From IMG/VR virus record IMGVR_UViG_3300049719_000183, positions 8,486 through 72,485 of that record: DNA of 64,000 nucleotides. The stretch is one strand, 5' to 3'. This document shows positions 29,624-40,639 of this stretch, one piece after another (position 1 is the stretch's first letter; every line of letters begins with the position of its first letter). The stretch comes from a virus. The translations under genes and the position numbers were made by a program. A model generated the notes under the pieces. It saw nothing but the letters and a program-made list of their open reading frames with translations, ran no database searches and had not been told where the DNA came from.

Positions 29624-29917
29624 ATGAGCTTCTATGAGATTCCCCGTACGGTGCTGATGGGCCGCAACAGTCACCTGCGTTCCGAGAACGAGAAACTGCG
29701 TGCCGTGCTCAAGGAGTGGCTTGCGGCCACGGATGCCCGCATGGCTCTCGGAAGCAACGATGATCGTGCTGCAGCCAACGTGCGGGTGTGCGCTGCCTAC
29801 GATCAGGCCTGTCTTCTCATTCATTGGGAGGGCGAGAAGCCGCCCAAGAATAGGAGCACTCTCAAACGGCGAGATCATCTGATGGCAAACGGTTCAACCC
29901 AACTCTCCCTTTTGTGA
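29624..29917 (+). CDS. Small protein ending in QLSLL
   Basis: Coupled ORF; C-terminus resembles the beta-clamp motif. Confidence 0.55.
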   Translation: MSFYEIPRTVLMGRNSHLRSENEKLRAVLKEWLAATDARMALGSNDDRAAANVRVCAAYDQACLLIHWEGEKPPKNRSTLKRRDHLMANGSTQLSLL

Positions 29918-30189
29918 CTGAGTGGAAAATTACAGAGGCCACCATTGAGGCGGTCAACAAGGTGATCGAAGCAGCCGTGAAGGCTGACTATGATCGTCTG
30001 CGTGCATCAGGCACGAAGCTCAACCCTCTCACCGTGCCGCTTCTGCACCCGAAGAAAAAGCGCAAGAACTACAGCAAGGCTCACGGCTTCCACGACTTCA
30101 TGGCCGAGGTGCACGAGTGCCAGGCGCGTCCTGTAGCTCACGTTCCCAAGCGTAGATTCACTTTCGAGGAAGGTACTCATGACCAATAA
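29914..30189 (+). CDS. Small protein with RRFTF tail
   Basis: GTGA coupling; PKRRFTF. Confidence 0.6.
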   Translation: MTEWKITEATIEAVNKVIEAAVKADYDRLRASGTKLNPLTVPLLHPKKKRKNYSKAHGFHDFMAEVHECQARPVAHVPKRRFTFEEGTHDQ

Positions 30190-30214
30190 CTTAGGAAATA
30201 GTCCATCTTTATTC

Positions 30215-30242
30215 TCGACTTTCGTGCCATGTGACCTAAGAT
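30215..30242 (+). promoter_or_regulatory. Promoter-like TCGACT-N16-TAAGAT (second copy at 32806-32833)
   Basis: Same hexamers and spacing at both sites, each 6-7 nt before an ATG, in AT-rich sequence at gene boundaries. Confidence 0.6.
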
Positions 30243-30249
30243 GGGTCTC

Positions 30250-30396
30250 ATGTACGGAACACTCCACCTCAAAACACTCGTCGATGTCGCCGAGTTTCTC
30301 GCTGAGTTCGCCAAGACGGGCAGCACCGCCGTCTTCGAGGTTGCCTTCAAGAACAACAACGTCGGGTACGAGGTCAGGTTCACGGGGGGCATATAA
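30250..30396 (+). CDS. 48-aa protein (not in ORF track)
   Basis: MYGTLHLKTLVDVAEFLAEF...YEVRFTGGI; follows the promoter; TAATG coupling. Confidence 0.6.
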   Translation: MYGTLHLKTLVDVAEFLAEFAKTGSTAVFEVAFKNNNVGYEVRFTGGI

Positions 30397-30750
30397 TGAG
30401 CGCCGTCAACCAGATCAAGTTCAACGCTACCGTGGCGGTTCGCCAGTTGGGCAAGCGGCGTTACAGCGCTGCCCTCTTCGCCGTCAGGGGCCTGTTCAGG
30501 GGTGTCGGTCAACTCTTCGCCTGATGAACGTCCCCGCCAACTACACCACCTAACATGACAACCACCGATTCCATGACCACCGCCCTCTACTTCGCCGTCC
30601 CCCTGCTTTCCGTCGCGCTGGTCGCTTCGCCGACCTGAGGGCCGAGGCTCGGGCCAAGGAGGAGAGCGCCCGCGGCGACCGCAGGCTCGCCGTCACGCTC
30701 GACGACCGCATCACCAAAATACTCATCAACGCCCGCAGGAAGATTTCTTA

Positions 30751-31218
30751 ATGTCCCCCCGTCAATCCATCGACCTCGCTGAGCAACTGGCCCACCTTCT
30801 TGCGGAGGGCCAGTTTCGCCGTGACAAGATGGGTGCCTTAATGGTGCCTGCTATCGTGCACTCTGAGCAGGTGGTCGCCCTGCTGGTCGCTGCTGGTGCG
30901 GATTGGGTGGAGGTGTCGGCGGGCTGGCTGCATGATACGCCGGAGGATGCGCTGGACCCTGACGCCATGTTCGAGCACCTGCGCAAGGCGGGTGTTTCGC
31001 CGAGCGTTCTGGAGGTGGTCAGCCTGCTCACCCACAGGAAGGGTGTCTCCAATCTCGACTACATCAACCAGATGATCCACTACCCTGATCGCAAGGCTGC
31101 CCAGAGGGCCATGCGGGTGAAGAGGGCCGATATACAGGCCAACCTCGCGGATGCCCCCACGGCGTATGCCGTGGAGAAGTACGGGCGCGCCCTGAAGTGG
31201 ATGGAGGCGGTGTCATGA
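30751..31218 (+). CDS. HD-domain hydrolase, SpoT/Mesh1 (small alarmone hydrolase)-like
   Basis: GQFRRD...P..VH..V; AGWLHDTPED; VSLLTH; VKRADIQANL. Confidence 0.8.
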   Translation: MSPRQSIDLAEQLAHLLAEGQFRRDKMGALMVPAIVHSEQVVALLVAAGADWVEVSAGWLHDTPEDALDPDAMFEHLRKAGVSPSVLEVVSLLTHRKGVSNLDYINQMIHYPDRKAAQRAMRVKRADIQANLADAPTAYAVEKYGRALKWMEAVS

Positions 31219-31417
31219 GGTGTGAAGGTGAAGTGGCCATGAAGCTGAATTTCTACCGCACCCGCCAGTGCAAGCGTGAGGCGCAGGAGGGAAGTTGCTT
31301 CTGCCGTCTCCATGACCCTGCGCTTGAGAAAGAGCGTGCCGCTGCAAAGCAGGCCCGCTGGGAGGCGCGCCAGCCGCTCGCCCATGCGATGCGCTTCGAG
31401 GCGGTATTGAAAAAGCC

Positions 31418-32317
31418 ATGAAGCCGAAGTCATTCGATCAGGTGGTGGAGTCACTGGGATACTTGGGGTACAGCCCCACGGAGGATGAACTGGCCACGGC
31501 CAAGGCCCTATTTGAGGGCCGCACCCGCCAGCAGGTGCTCTACGGTCCCGCCAAAGCCTCACTGCGTACGGTGCAGAAGGTGATTGCCCTCATCGGGTGG
31601 GACCTGACATGGCGCACCATTTCCACGAAGTCGAGGCTGGAGCGGGTGCAGGCTGCTCGGCGGGAGGCTGCAAAGGCCTACGCCAGCAGCAAGCCCGAGG
31701 ACCTTCGCCTTGTGTTGGCTAAGCTTGGGGACACTCCGGAGCCGTGGCATCTGAAGGCGGCATCACTCCTGTGGAACGGTGAAAACTCCAGCGTTGTCAG
31801 GAGGATGCTTCGTGTCGGTGACAGTAAGGTACAGGCTGTGGCCACTCGCATTGGGTGGGATCTTAGCTGGCGCACCATCTCGCACATGAAGCGGCCTCCG
31901 AACAAGGTCCGCATGGCGGGCATGTTCACCACGGATCAGGTGGTCGAGCTGTACGACAAGCAGGGACTCACTCTCCAGGCGATTGGTGACAGGGCGGGCG
32001 TGAGCAGGGAGCGGGTGCGCCAGATCCTCGAAGCCACGGGCCATGACTATGTAGCTGACCGCAAGAAGCGGAGGGACGAGCAGAAGGAGAAGGACCGGCT
32101 TGATCGCAAGCAGAAGCGCTTTGATCATTTCAAGGGCACCTATGCTAGCCGATACGCTGAGGCGATTGCATTGTGGGACGCCGGTGTCACGACGAAGGCC
32201 ATGGCAAAGCTGCTGAAGACGACAAAGGTCAACGTGGGTGCTATCATTCATCGCGGACGCCACAAGTACGGGCTGTTCCCATATCGTCGTCCCGAGTACG
32301 GCAAGGGGGTCTCGTGA
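31418..32317 (+). CDS. Multi-HTH DNA-binding protein with sigma region-4-like HTH
   Basis: IGWDL(T/S)WRTIS twice; GLTLQAIGDRAGVSRERVRQIL. Confidence 0.75.
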   Translation: MKPKSFDQVVESLGYLGYSPTEDELATAKALFEGRTRQQVLYGPAKASLRTVQKVIALIGWDLTWRTISTKSRLERVQAARREAAKAYASSKPEDLRLVLAKLGDTPEPWHLKAASLLWNGENSSVVRRMLRVGDSKVQAVATRIGWDLSWRTISHMKRPPNKVRMAGMFTTDQVVELYDKQGLTLQAIGDRAGVSRERVRQILEATGHDYVADRKKRRDEQKEKDRLDRKQKRFDHFKGTYASRYAEAIALWDAGVTTKAMAKLLKTTKVNVGAIIHRGRHKYGLFPYRRPEYGKGVS

Positions 32318-32775
32318 AGAAAGGAGATTCAGGCTTGGGCGGTTGGGAGTTCAATCGTCCTGTGGTCACTGTCTCCCTGAAGGAGATGGTGAAGATGGCC
32401 AAGAAGAAGAGCGTTACGCTCGATCTGGCTAGGCTGGTAGCTTCCAAGAAATCCAAACAGGTCATCGCCGCCGATCCCTACACGGGTGGGGATTACGATG
32501 GCGGCTACGACACTACGTCGTGGAAGTACAAGTATGAGAAGGAGGACGAGGAGCCCGCCGAGTGGCCGAAAAAATCAGATGCGTGGATCGAGATGATGAA
32601 GCTGGCAAAGCGGCAGGCAAAGAAGCACGCCATCAGGAAGCCCAAGAAACGGAAGCCGAGGAAGCCTAAGGAGGTGACGCCCACCCCGCCGCCTGTTGAT
32701 CCCATCACCCCCGGCAAACGCAGATTTAACTTCGATCTTAAGTCTGACACTTCCAACTCACAACCAACAAGTTAG
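32314..32775 (+). CDS. Basic protein with RRFNF tail
   Basis: GTGA coupling; Lys/Pro-rich; PGKRRFNF. Confidence 0.55.
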   Translation: MKKGDSGLGGWEFNRPVVTVSLKEMVKMAKKKSVTLDLARLVASKKSKQVIAADPYTGGDYDGGYDTTSWKYKYEKEDEEPAEWPKKSDAWIEMMKLAKRQAKKHAIRKPKKRKPRKPKEVTPTPPPVDPITPGKRRFNFDLKSDTSNSQPTS

Positions 32776-32871
32776 GAACCATTAAATTGGAACCCTGTTT
32801 TAGTCTCGACTCCACCTTCCCAACCCATAAGATGGTCCCATGAGCGAAACACTGACACATGTCATCCGCGA

Positions 32872-33492
32872 GTGAGCGACCGCATCATCATAGCTCCTGG
32901 CGTGGCACTCCCCCATTACCCGATGAGGCCAATGATGGGTGTGCGCCTGCGCACGATTGAGCAGGCTATCGAAGCGCTCGACTCCATGAGGAAGACGCAT
33001 GTGTTTCAGCCGAAGATGAACGGCGACCGTGTTGAACTGTCCAAGGACGGGGACGGCAACCTCCACGCCTTCCAACGCCACCTGAAGCGTTACACCTACA
33101 GCTTCGACTTGAAGCCGTGGCAGAAGCTGCCCAAGCTAACGTGCCTCGATGGCGAGGTGAAGGACGGCCACTTCCACCCGTTCGAGGCCGAGGCATGGGA
33201 CGGTGTGAGCCTGTTATCTGCCACTCAGGAAGACCGCATCGCTCAGGCTGAGCGCAGTTGCGCCGAGTGCGGCAGGCCGTTCGAGTTCGATTTGGAGAAC
33301 CCTGTCGGTGCCTACGGCTGCACGCTCGAAACCCTTCTCGAAGTGTACCTCGGCGAAACCGACCAACCCCGCAACACGAGTCCCTATTGGGAGGGCATTG
33401 TGGCCAAGAAGAAGAGCTGCCGTTACAATGTTCTCGGCGTCGTGAAGGACGATCCGAACTGGATCAAGCTGAAGTTCTGGTATGCCCTGTAG
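32872..33492 (+). CDS. ATP-dependent ligase-like nucleotidyltransferase core without OB-fold
   Basis: QPKMNGDR, LDGEV, EGIVAKK, WIKLK, then stop. Confidence 0.75.
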   Translation: MSDRIIIAPGVALPHYPMRPMMGVRLRTIEQAIEALDSMRKTHVFQPKMNGDRVELSKDGDGNLHAFQRHLKRYTYSFDLKPWQKLPKLTCLDGEVKDGHFHPFEAEAWDGVSLLSATQEDRIAQAERSCAECGRPFEFDLENPVGAYGCTLETLLEVYLGETDQPRNTSPYWEGIVAKKKSCRYNVLGVVKDDPNWIKLKFWYAL

Positions 33493-34229
33493 GTGCGGAC
33501 TTGTTTTTACCTTCAACCCTCAAACAACATGATCGTACGCGAAATCAGGGACAACCCGAATCTCCTCATCGAGGCGTTCGACTGGTTCAATGACTACAAG
33601 GACACCCGGTCCTGGGCCGTGGTGAATTGCCCTGCCCTGGTCGATGCTCTCGACCTTGGCCACGACACATGGCTAAGAGAGCACAACGCATCTATCCTGG
33701 CATCTATCAGGGACAGGTAATTTATGGACGGAAAAATCACATTCGACAAGGCTGACTTTGCCTCCGTGCGGGCCGACACCACGCTGGTGCAGCCCACTTA
33801 CGAGGAGTGCCCGGAGCCTCTTGACATGCTTCCCGGTACGTCGGTGAAGACCTACGTTGACAGTAAGCTCGGCGAGCCCCCTCTGTGCGGCAGGCTGTCA
33901 CGCCTCTCAGAGGATGGCGCTGTTGTAGTCGGCTACGGCTGGCTCGATATGCCCAGTGAAACATTCGTCTGGCGGGGCACCCGTGACGAATACGCCCGCA
34001 CCTGGGTGTGCGACTAATATCATGAAAAATCCACCCAATCCAAACAGCAAGAACAGCCTCAGGAAGGCCGAGCGCAAGGAGTCCAAGCGACGGGAAAGGC
34101 TCTACCCGATAGCCCATGTGGTGGCAAATCAACTGGGTCAAGCAGAGGCGGAGAGCCGGTTCATCCACGAGCCGAGAAGAAGCGACTGGACTCCCAGCGC
34201 GGAGGGCTGCGCAGATTCACTTTCCTACC

Positions 34230-34946
34230 ATGAAACGTACCACCCATCGCACGCCACCCGACAACCTTGTGTTGCCTTCCAACCCCGCTGCACTCATGGC
34301 CCTTCTCAACGGAGACATTGGCAACTTCGCCATTGCCTCTACGCCCGGCGGTATCGAGGCACAGGAGAAGGCAGGCCAGATGGCCCAGGCCCTCAAGGAA
34401 ACGCTGCCCATCGACGGCACCATTGAGACCAAGTTCGGCCGCGACAACCCGAGGGCAACGTGGGAGAAGCTAGGCTTCAAGTTCGGCAAGAAGACGGAGG
34501 ACATCTTCGTGGAGTGCACATTCCCGAAGGGCTGGAAGAAGCAGGAGACCGACCACAGCATGTGGACCGACCTCCTGGACGAGCACGGGCGCAAACGGGC
34601 TGCCATCTTCTACAAGGCGGCGTTCTATGATCGTTCGGCCCACGTATCCCTGTGCCACCGCTTCGGCGTCAGGCGCAAGTACCCCGATAATAGGGGAGAC
34701 CCCCTTACGGTGTACGTTGAGGATCAGAACGGCGAGGTGAGCCGTGAGATCGCCGACCTGCCCCAGCCCGACTGGAAGGACCGCGAGGAGTCGAAGAAGC
34801 TCTCCGACAGGATCGACGCCGCTGAGGCCGAGCTGAGGGACTGGCTCACTGCCAAGTTCCCGGACTGGGGGAAGGCCTGGGCCTACTGGGACACGCCGCC
34901 CGTCCCCGAGGCTCGTCGCAGGTTCAACATGGGAGCAGGAACATAA
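34230..34946 (+). CDS. Phage hypothetical protein with RRFNM tail
   Basis: PGGIEAQEKAGQ...TDHSMW...IFYKAAFYDR. Confidence 0.75.
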   Translation: MKRTTHRTPPDNLVLPSNPAALMALLNGDIGNFAIASTPGGIEAQEKAGQMAQALKETLPIDGTIETKFGRDNPRATWEKLGFKFGKKTEDIFVECTFPKGWKKQETDHSMWTDLLDEHGRKRAAIFYKAAFYDRSAHVSLCHRFGVRRKYPDNRGDPLTVYVEDQNGEVSREIADLPQPDWKDREESKKLSDRIDAAEAELRDWLTAKFPDWGKAWAYWDTPPVPEARRRFNMGAGT

Positions 34947-36176
34947 TGGCTAAATACATCGTACATACCCGGGGCATCATGCCCGAGAGCATGGTCATTT
35001 TCGACCATGCCACACCCCATGTGGAAATGGTGGAGATGCTCCACGTTCCGAGAGAGTGCATCGTGTCGGCAGGCAGGGTGAAATTCGTCGGTGACACAGC
35101 CTACTGCGACATGGAGAGCGAATCTCTCGGCATCAGGCGTGATGAGCACCGTGAGGAAAAAGATCGCAGGCTGGCCAACGTCACCTTCGACCCGCTATAC
35201 AGGGAATGATCTTCAAGACGCATCGTGAGGCCAAGGAGGCTGTTCGGAGGCGGGGGCTGAGGAGCTGGCAGATCGCGGTCGTGCGAGGCCCCAGGGGTGG
35301 CAGACGCCCCATCGCCTACGACCTTACCGACCTTGAGAGGCCTGATATGCCTGGCCTCACGGCCAGGCGGTTCAACTTCGCACAATAGTGTTTACAAACA
35401 GACAAAATCCTGTTTACGTTTCTTCCGTGAAAGCCGAGCCCGCATTCAAGATTGGCCAGCGTGTTAAGGTGCTTGTGTGCCCGGGCTATTGGTATTGCAG
35501 GCACGGGATCATCACGAGAAAGGCCAAGAAGAGTGCCTGCGTGATTCCGTGCCCGGCCCACTTGGAGAGACCATACACCTCTCGCGGTTGGAAGGGGGCG
35601 GAACGTGATTTTGAGGCCACATTTTCTCACTGGACGTTTGGAGCCCACGCTACTGCACGACGTAAGGCATTGGGCCTCGCCTCTTGGGGCTTTCGTGTGC
35701 CCTACGTGGACATCGTGCCCGAGTCGGAGGCAAAACTATGAAGGCTACCATCAAAATCAACATGGACAACGCAGCGTTTGAGCCTGACTTCAATGTCGAG
35801 CTTGCACGCTTGCTCGAAGCAGTTGCCGCCCGCATACGGGACGTTGGATGCAGCGGCGCGGGCTCCAAACGTCCGATCAGCGACATCAATGGAAATCTGG
35901 TTGGGGGGCTCGCCATATCGAAGTGAAGGTGTTCGACTCCATCGTTACTGAGGCCGAGATCGCCTGCGTGCTCCAGCGCATGAGGGCGAAGCCTTTCACT
36001 CTGTCCGATCTGAGACAGGCGGCTGACGATGCGGGCGTTGTCTACACCTACGAGTTCTGTTGCCGTCTCATCAATAAGCACCGCAGCGAACTTCGCCCAG
36101 TCACAGGCCGAAACATCCGCCCTCGCACCTGGGAGTGGGTGGGTGAGGCCACAAAGCACGAAAGGGAACTCCCGAG

Positions 36177-36521
36177 ATGGCACGCACCATGAAATTCTAC
36201 AAGATGACTCCTGTCACCATCGACCTTGTCAAGGAGCGTCGATATGTGGCTATGCACGACGCCCACTGGCTCAACATTCCTCGCAGGAAACGCGGGGCTG
36301 CATTGAAGCGCAAGAGCGAGCTTCGCAAGTGGCACACCCCTGCGGACTGCGCCCGCCTCCACCAACTCCTCGATCTTGTGGAGAAGGGCAAACTTATGGA
36401 CGCTGTGGCTGCCACCCGCAAGTGGCCGGGGTCCCTGAGGGAGGCTATCAGCGAGGAGATATGGGACATGCTCTGGAACGTCTCCAGGGACGAAGCCCGT
36501 TACCTCATCATGGCCGAATGA
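36177..36521 (+). CDS. Hypothetical protein
   Basis: ORF in the co-oriented early array. Confidence 0.55.
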   Translation: MARTMKFYKMTPVTIDLVKERRYVAMHDAHWLNIPRRKRGAALKRKSELRKWHTPADCARLHQLLDLVEKGKLMDAVAATRKWPGSLREAISEEIWDMLWNVSRDEARYLIMAE

Positions 36522-37674
36522 GAAGTAACGGAACCTATGCCTCCCGTGACTAGAAATGCCCACTTCGCCACGATCAAAAACCCCTGGAAAGGCAAGTCCA
36601 TGCAGAGGTCTTCGCCCGAAGTGGGAGGAGACGTACAAGTGCGGCTGCGTGGCGGGAGCGCCCCGCAAGAGGGAACTTCTGGGATATTGCGCGAAGCACG
36701 GAACCGACCGAGAGGGAATCCCGTGGAACAACGAGGAGAACCAGGTGGTAGACGGAGTGACGTACGCAGCGCACAACCCGACAATTCGGTCTGCTCGGAA
36801 GATTTATCTCGGCCACCTGTTTCGCAGGCTGGCCCAGGGACCGGATTGAACCGCACCGAGGATCGATGGGCTTGGAACCTCGTACGCATTGGCATCCGTA
36901 AATCTGCCGTTTCCTACATCGTGAAGATCACAGGATGCAGTCTCCAGGAAGCCCGTTCTTACGTCCGACAACTTGCCACCAAAAAATTGTAAACTATTTC
37001 TGTTTACATTAAACAGGATTTGTGATCCCACTCAAACACCGTCAATTATGGATACCAACATCACGCCCATCACGCCCGAACAGCGAGCCGCACGCTGGGG
37101 GTTGTTCGCCAAGATCGCCGTCTTTGCCATAGGCGGTCTTCTGTTCTACAAGATCGCTGTCGCTACCGTTGTCGGGATGATAGGCCTCATCGTCGCCGCC
37201 GTCATCGGGGCTCTCTTCATTGCATTCCTCCCCATCGTGGGACGGCTGGTCTCAATCTATCGGCTCAACGAGGACGCCACCACCGCAGCCAACGAGGCCG
37301 TGGATCGTTGCTACCCCAACCCCACCTGATGCTCACTGCCAAGGCCATCATGAAGGTGCAGAAGATGCGGGACCAGATGCCTGTGGTCCGCCACATTCCA
37401 CGCAAGAAGAGCAGCCTGAAACCCTCAGGACGCCGCTATCGCTCGGTGCAGGCACTGATCTCGGAGCAGGCCATTCCCGACTCCTTCAGCTATCACGAGA
37501 TGATGGACCGTGTGTCCATCTACAATGGGTTGGTGGACGATCTGGTCACACATCCCGTGGCCGTGAAGCACACAAGTATTCGCCTGCTTGCCATCGAGGC
37601 CACACAGGTGCTCACGGCCCTCTACGAAGAGGCTGTCAAACTGCATCCTGGCCAACCACAACCATAAACCCAAA

Positions 37675-38190
37675 ATGAAGATCGATACCAGAATCACAAT
37701 CGCCCGACTCAATCGTGAGGCCGAGCAGTACGAACGGGACGCCGCCATCTGCAGGAAAGCGGCTGAGGAGCTTGGAGCCACCGAGAAACTGCTGCGGGAG
37801 ATTGACACCCGCATCGCCACACCCACGGCGGTGATCGAGCCCCCGAAGCACAAGGTGATCAAGAAGGCCAAGAAGCGGCCAAGCAAGTACACTGTCGCTA
37901 GGACCAAGCGGGCGCTGTATTCCAGTCCCCAGGTGGTCGCCGCTGCCTGCCGTCAGGTGTTCGCCAACAACCCTGACAAGCCCATCTTCAGGACGAAAAC
38001 GCTGAAGAACGAGGTGCGCAAGATCGAGGGCGTCACCGTTCGGAGCAATCGCACGCTCGGCCAGATGCTGAAGAAGTTCCAGGAGTTCCGGCGCGGCGAG
38101 GACAAGGCGACCTGGTGCTGCCCGAGCATCACCCCCGTCCCGATCCACACTGAGCCGCAGGCCACCCTGGCCGCTGTCGGAGGTGCCTAG
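37675..38190 (+). CDS. Basic hypothetical protein
   Basis: MKIDTRITIARL...; coiled coil plus possible winged helix. Confidence 0.6.
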   Translation: MKIDTRITIARLNREAEQYERDAAICRKAAEELGATEKLLREIDTRIATPTAVIEPPKHKVIKKAKKRPSKYTVARTKRALYSSPQVVAAACRQVFANNPDKPIFRTKTLKNEVRKIEGVTVRSNRTLGQMLKKFQEFRRGEDKATWCCPSITPVPIHTEPQATLAAVGGA

Positions 38191-38213
38191 GCCCCTACTC
38201 GTCCACCAGCGCC

Positions 38214-38687
38214 ATGACAATCCCAGACGTTCCTGATCATCGCACCAAGCCCCTCAAGACGAGGGGTATGAAGGTGGTCATCAACAATTGCTTCGGGGGC
38301 TTCTCACTCTCGGAGGTGGCTGTCATGCGGCTGGTGGACGAGCAGTTTCCCTTGGAGAGCTGGCCTTGGGATCCAAACGAGAAATTCAACGTATCCATAG
38401 GCAGGGCAACGCAGGCGCACGATCTCGGCAACGGCTGGGTGCGCTATGGCGACAGCAGCATGTTCAGCAGCCTTGTGAAGAACGGCATGGTGTACAGCAG
38501 CCATCTCAGTGACGACAAGCTGCGGGCCGATCCTCGCCTCGTTAGGCTGGTGGAAGAGATGGGAGATGATGCTTGTGGTCCCTGTGCGGATCTGAAGGTG
38601 GTAGTCATTCCCGAGGGCGTGGACTACGTCATCGAGGAGTACAATGGCTCGGAAACGGTGGCTGAGAAACACAGGACGTGGTCATGA
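38214..38687 (+). CDS. Phage hypothetical protein
   Basis: KVVINNCFGGFSLS...RADPRLVRLVEEMG...IEEYNGSETVAEKHRTW. Confidence 0.8.
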   Translation: MTIPDVPDHRTKPLKTRGMKVVINNCFGGFSLSEVAVMRLVDEQFPLESWPWDPNEKFNVSIGRATQAHDLGNGWVRYGDSSMFSSLVKNGMVYSSHLSDDKLRADPRLVRLVEEMGDDACGPCADLKVVVIPEGVDYVIEEYNGSETVAEKHRTWS

Positions 38688-39367
38688 ACTGCCCCTATTG
38701 TGACCGTGTCATCAACGCGTGGACAGGCTTGCAGGAGCTTCAGAAGTTCCAGAAGCATCTGGGAAAGTGCCGCAAGAACCCGGCCAACTTTCCCCTTCCC
38801 CTGAGGGGCGGCAGGAGACTCATCTCCCCCTCCTGTCCCACCATGAACGACGCCCTCATCCTGAGGCACGAAAGCGGCCAATGATCACTGACACCACTCT
38901 TAGCAACATCGGCACTATAATCCGCGATTACCACCAGCGGGGCTACCCCATGGTGTTTGTGCCCGAGCACTGGCCTCAGTTGGTGGCCGAGATAAAACGG
39001 CTGCAGGAGTTCGAGAAGAACGAGTTGGTGGCCCGTGTACAGAGGGCGGAACAGTTGGATGAGATTCTGACCACCCTTCGGCGCATTGAAGCCGCTTTCG
39101 ACAGGAGGATACGACCAGAATGAGCCTCAGCGTCCATCCGAGCCCCCGCCTCAACAGGCAGTTGGCCATGAAGGAGCCTAGCAAGCTCGCTCAGGCCATT
39201 ACCTGTGAGTTCATTGCCTGTCCTGCCAGGGATGGCAAGCTGTCCCATCTCGGCACCCGCATGGCCCACATCGTGGACGCCCACTTGGAGAACCTGCTAA
39301 AGGTGGCCACGCTGGGCAGTGACATCGAGCACGCACAGGAGAACATCAAGCACGCCACCCCCACGCC

Positions 39368-39640
39368 GTGAAGCCCGCCACCAAACCCTGTCCCTTCTGC
39401 GCCAACCCTCCCAGGTGGAGCTTTGAGCCCGTCACCGTGGATCACACGGAAGGCACTGTGGATCGCATTGGCTGCCCGTCCATCCATGTCTCTCTGGCCT
39501 GCGGGTGCAGGGCGCATCCCCATGTGGAGGCTAACGCTGATTTCTCAGACGGCATTTACAGGAGTGACTACTGGCTCCCCGGCACTCTTGAGTCCACCGT
39601 GCAAGACGTGGCCAACATCTGGAACACACAGAGACCGTGA
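39368..39640 (+). CDS. Lar-like (restriction alleviation) zinc-binding protein
   Basis: KPCPFC at N-terminus, WNT.R at C-terminus. Confidence 0.5.
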   Translation: MKPATKPCPFCANPPRWSFEPVTVDHTEGTVDRIGCPSIHVSLACGCRAHPHVEANADFSDGIYRSDYWLPGTLESTVQDVANIWNTQRP

Positions 39641-40386
39641 CCATCCTCGTTTACACGTCGCGAGAGCATCTCTGCACCTATCAGTCGGACATCATGCCTC
39701 GACTCGAAGAGAAGTTGGTGGGCATCCCAGGGCACGAGCACACTCCGTGGGTGGTGGGGGCCGTCGAGCACATCGTACCTATTGCACCAGACAAGCACCA
39801 GACGGCGGTGAAGGTAATTGTTTCCAGCCAGAGATGAAAACTCTCAAATGTGATCAAGCCCTTGTCAGTTTCTTCTCCGTCCTGAGCGGCGGATTCCTCG
39901 ATCCTACCCATTGGGAGAAGGCTGAGAAGGTGGCTATATTCAGGCTGCAGGCCGAAAAGCGGGGCTGCATGCAAGGCCCTCCTGCTGTCCCACAAGTTGG
40001 TGAAATACATCTCTGAGGAGGAAAGTACCCACAAAAAGGCGCTGTAGTGACCCTCTACCACCCCGCCCCCAAGTTAAAGCATTTTCCATTTGCAAGTGGA
40101 AACCACTTTTACCTGTTGAGCACCAGGAATGAACGCAGGTAAAAACACCAACTAGACATGTCACTATTCCAGCCCACCGATCCGAAGGACTTGGAGATTG
40201 AGCGGCTGACTACCGAGCGTACCCGGATGGTGCAGTGGGGGAACTTGGAGCGGGTGCCCGAGTTGGACCAGCACATCCACCGGCTGCGGGAGATGAAGCA
40301 CCGGGAGAGGTTGGCGAGGGAGAATGCCAGGTAACCCAAAGCGCATCTTCAACCTCATCGGCCCCACTCCACTCCGTCCGATGATG

Positions 40387-40639
40387 GCCATAAAGGTTGT
40401 GCCCGATACTCCTAATCCTTAAGGATTAAGGAACACTGTAAACAAATACTGTTTACAAAAACAGTATTGGCCTTATGATGCGAGTCATGAGGTACGAAGT
40501 CGTTGTCGGAAACATCGGAACAGTGTACTCGGGATCCAATGAGCGCCAAGCTCAGAAGGATTACGTCGAGTACGTCGAGCAGTCCAAAACCAACTATGGG
40601 CGGGCTGCGGGCGAGAGTGTAACCTTCTTCAAGGACGGT
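40387..40639 (+). repeat. 253-bp direct repeat, copy 2
   Basis: Identical by eye to 29040-29292; flanked by copies of 28635-28690 and 42613-42644. Confidence 0.95.

Noticed and set aside
29040-40639. 253-bp repeat as a DGR template/variable pair, terminal repeat or attL/attR
   Set aside because: Copies are identical with no adenine-specific changes, there is no reverse transcriptase or integrase in the window, and the second copy is part of a three-source patchwork
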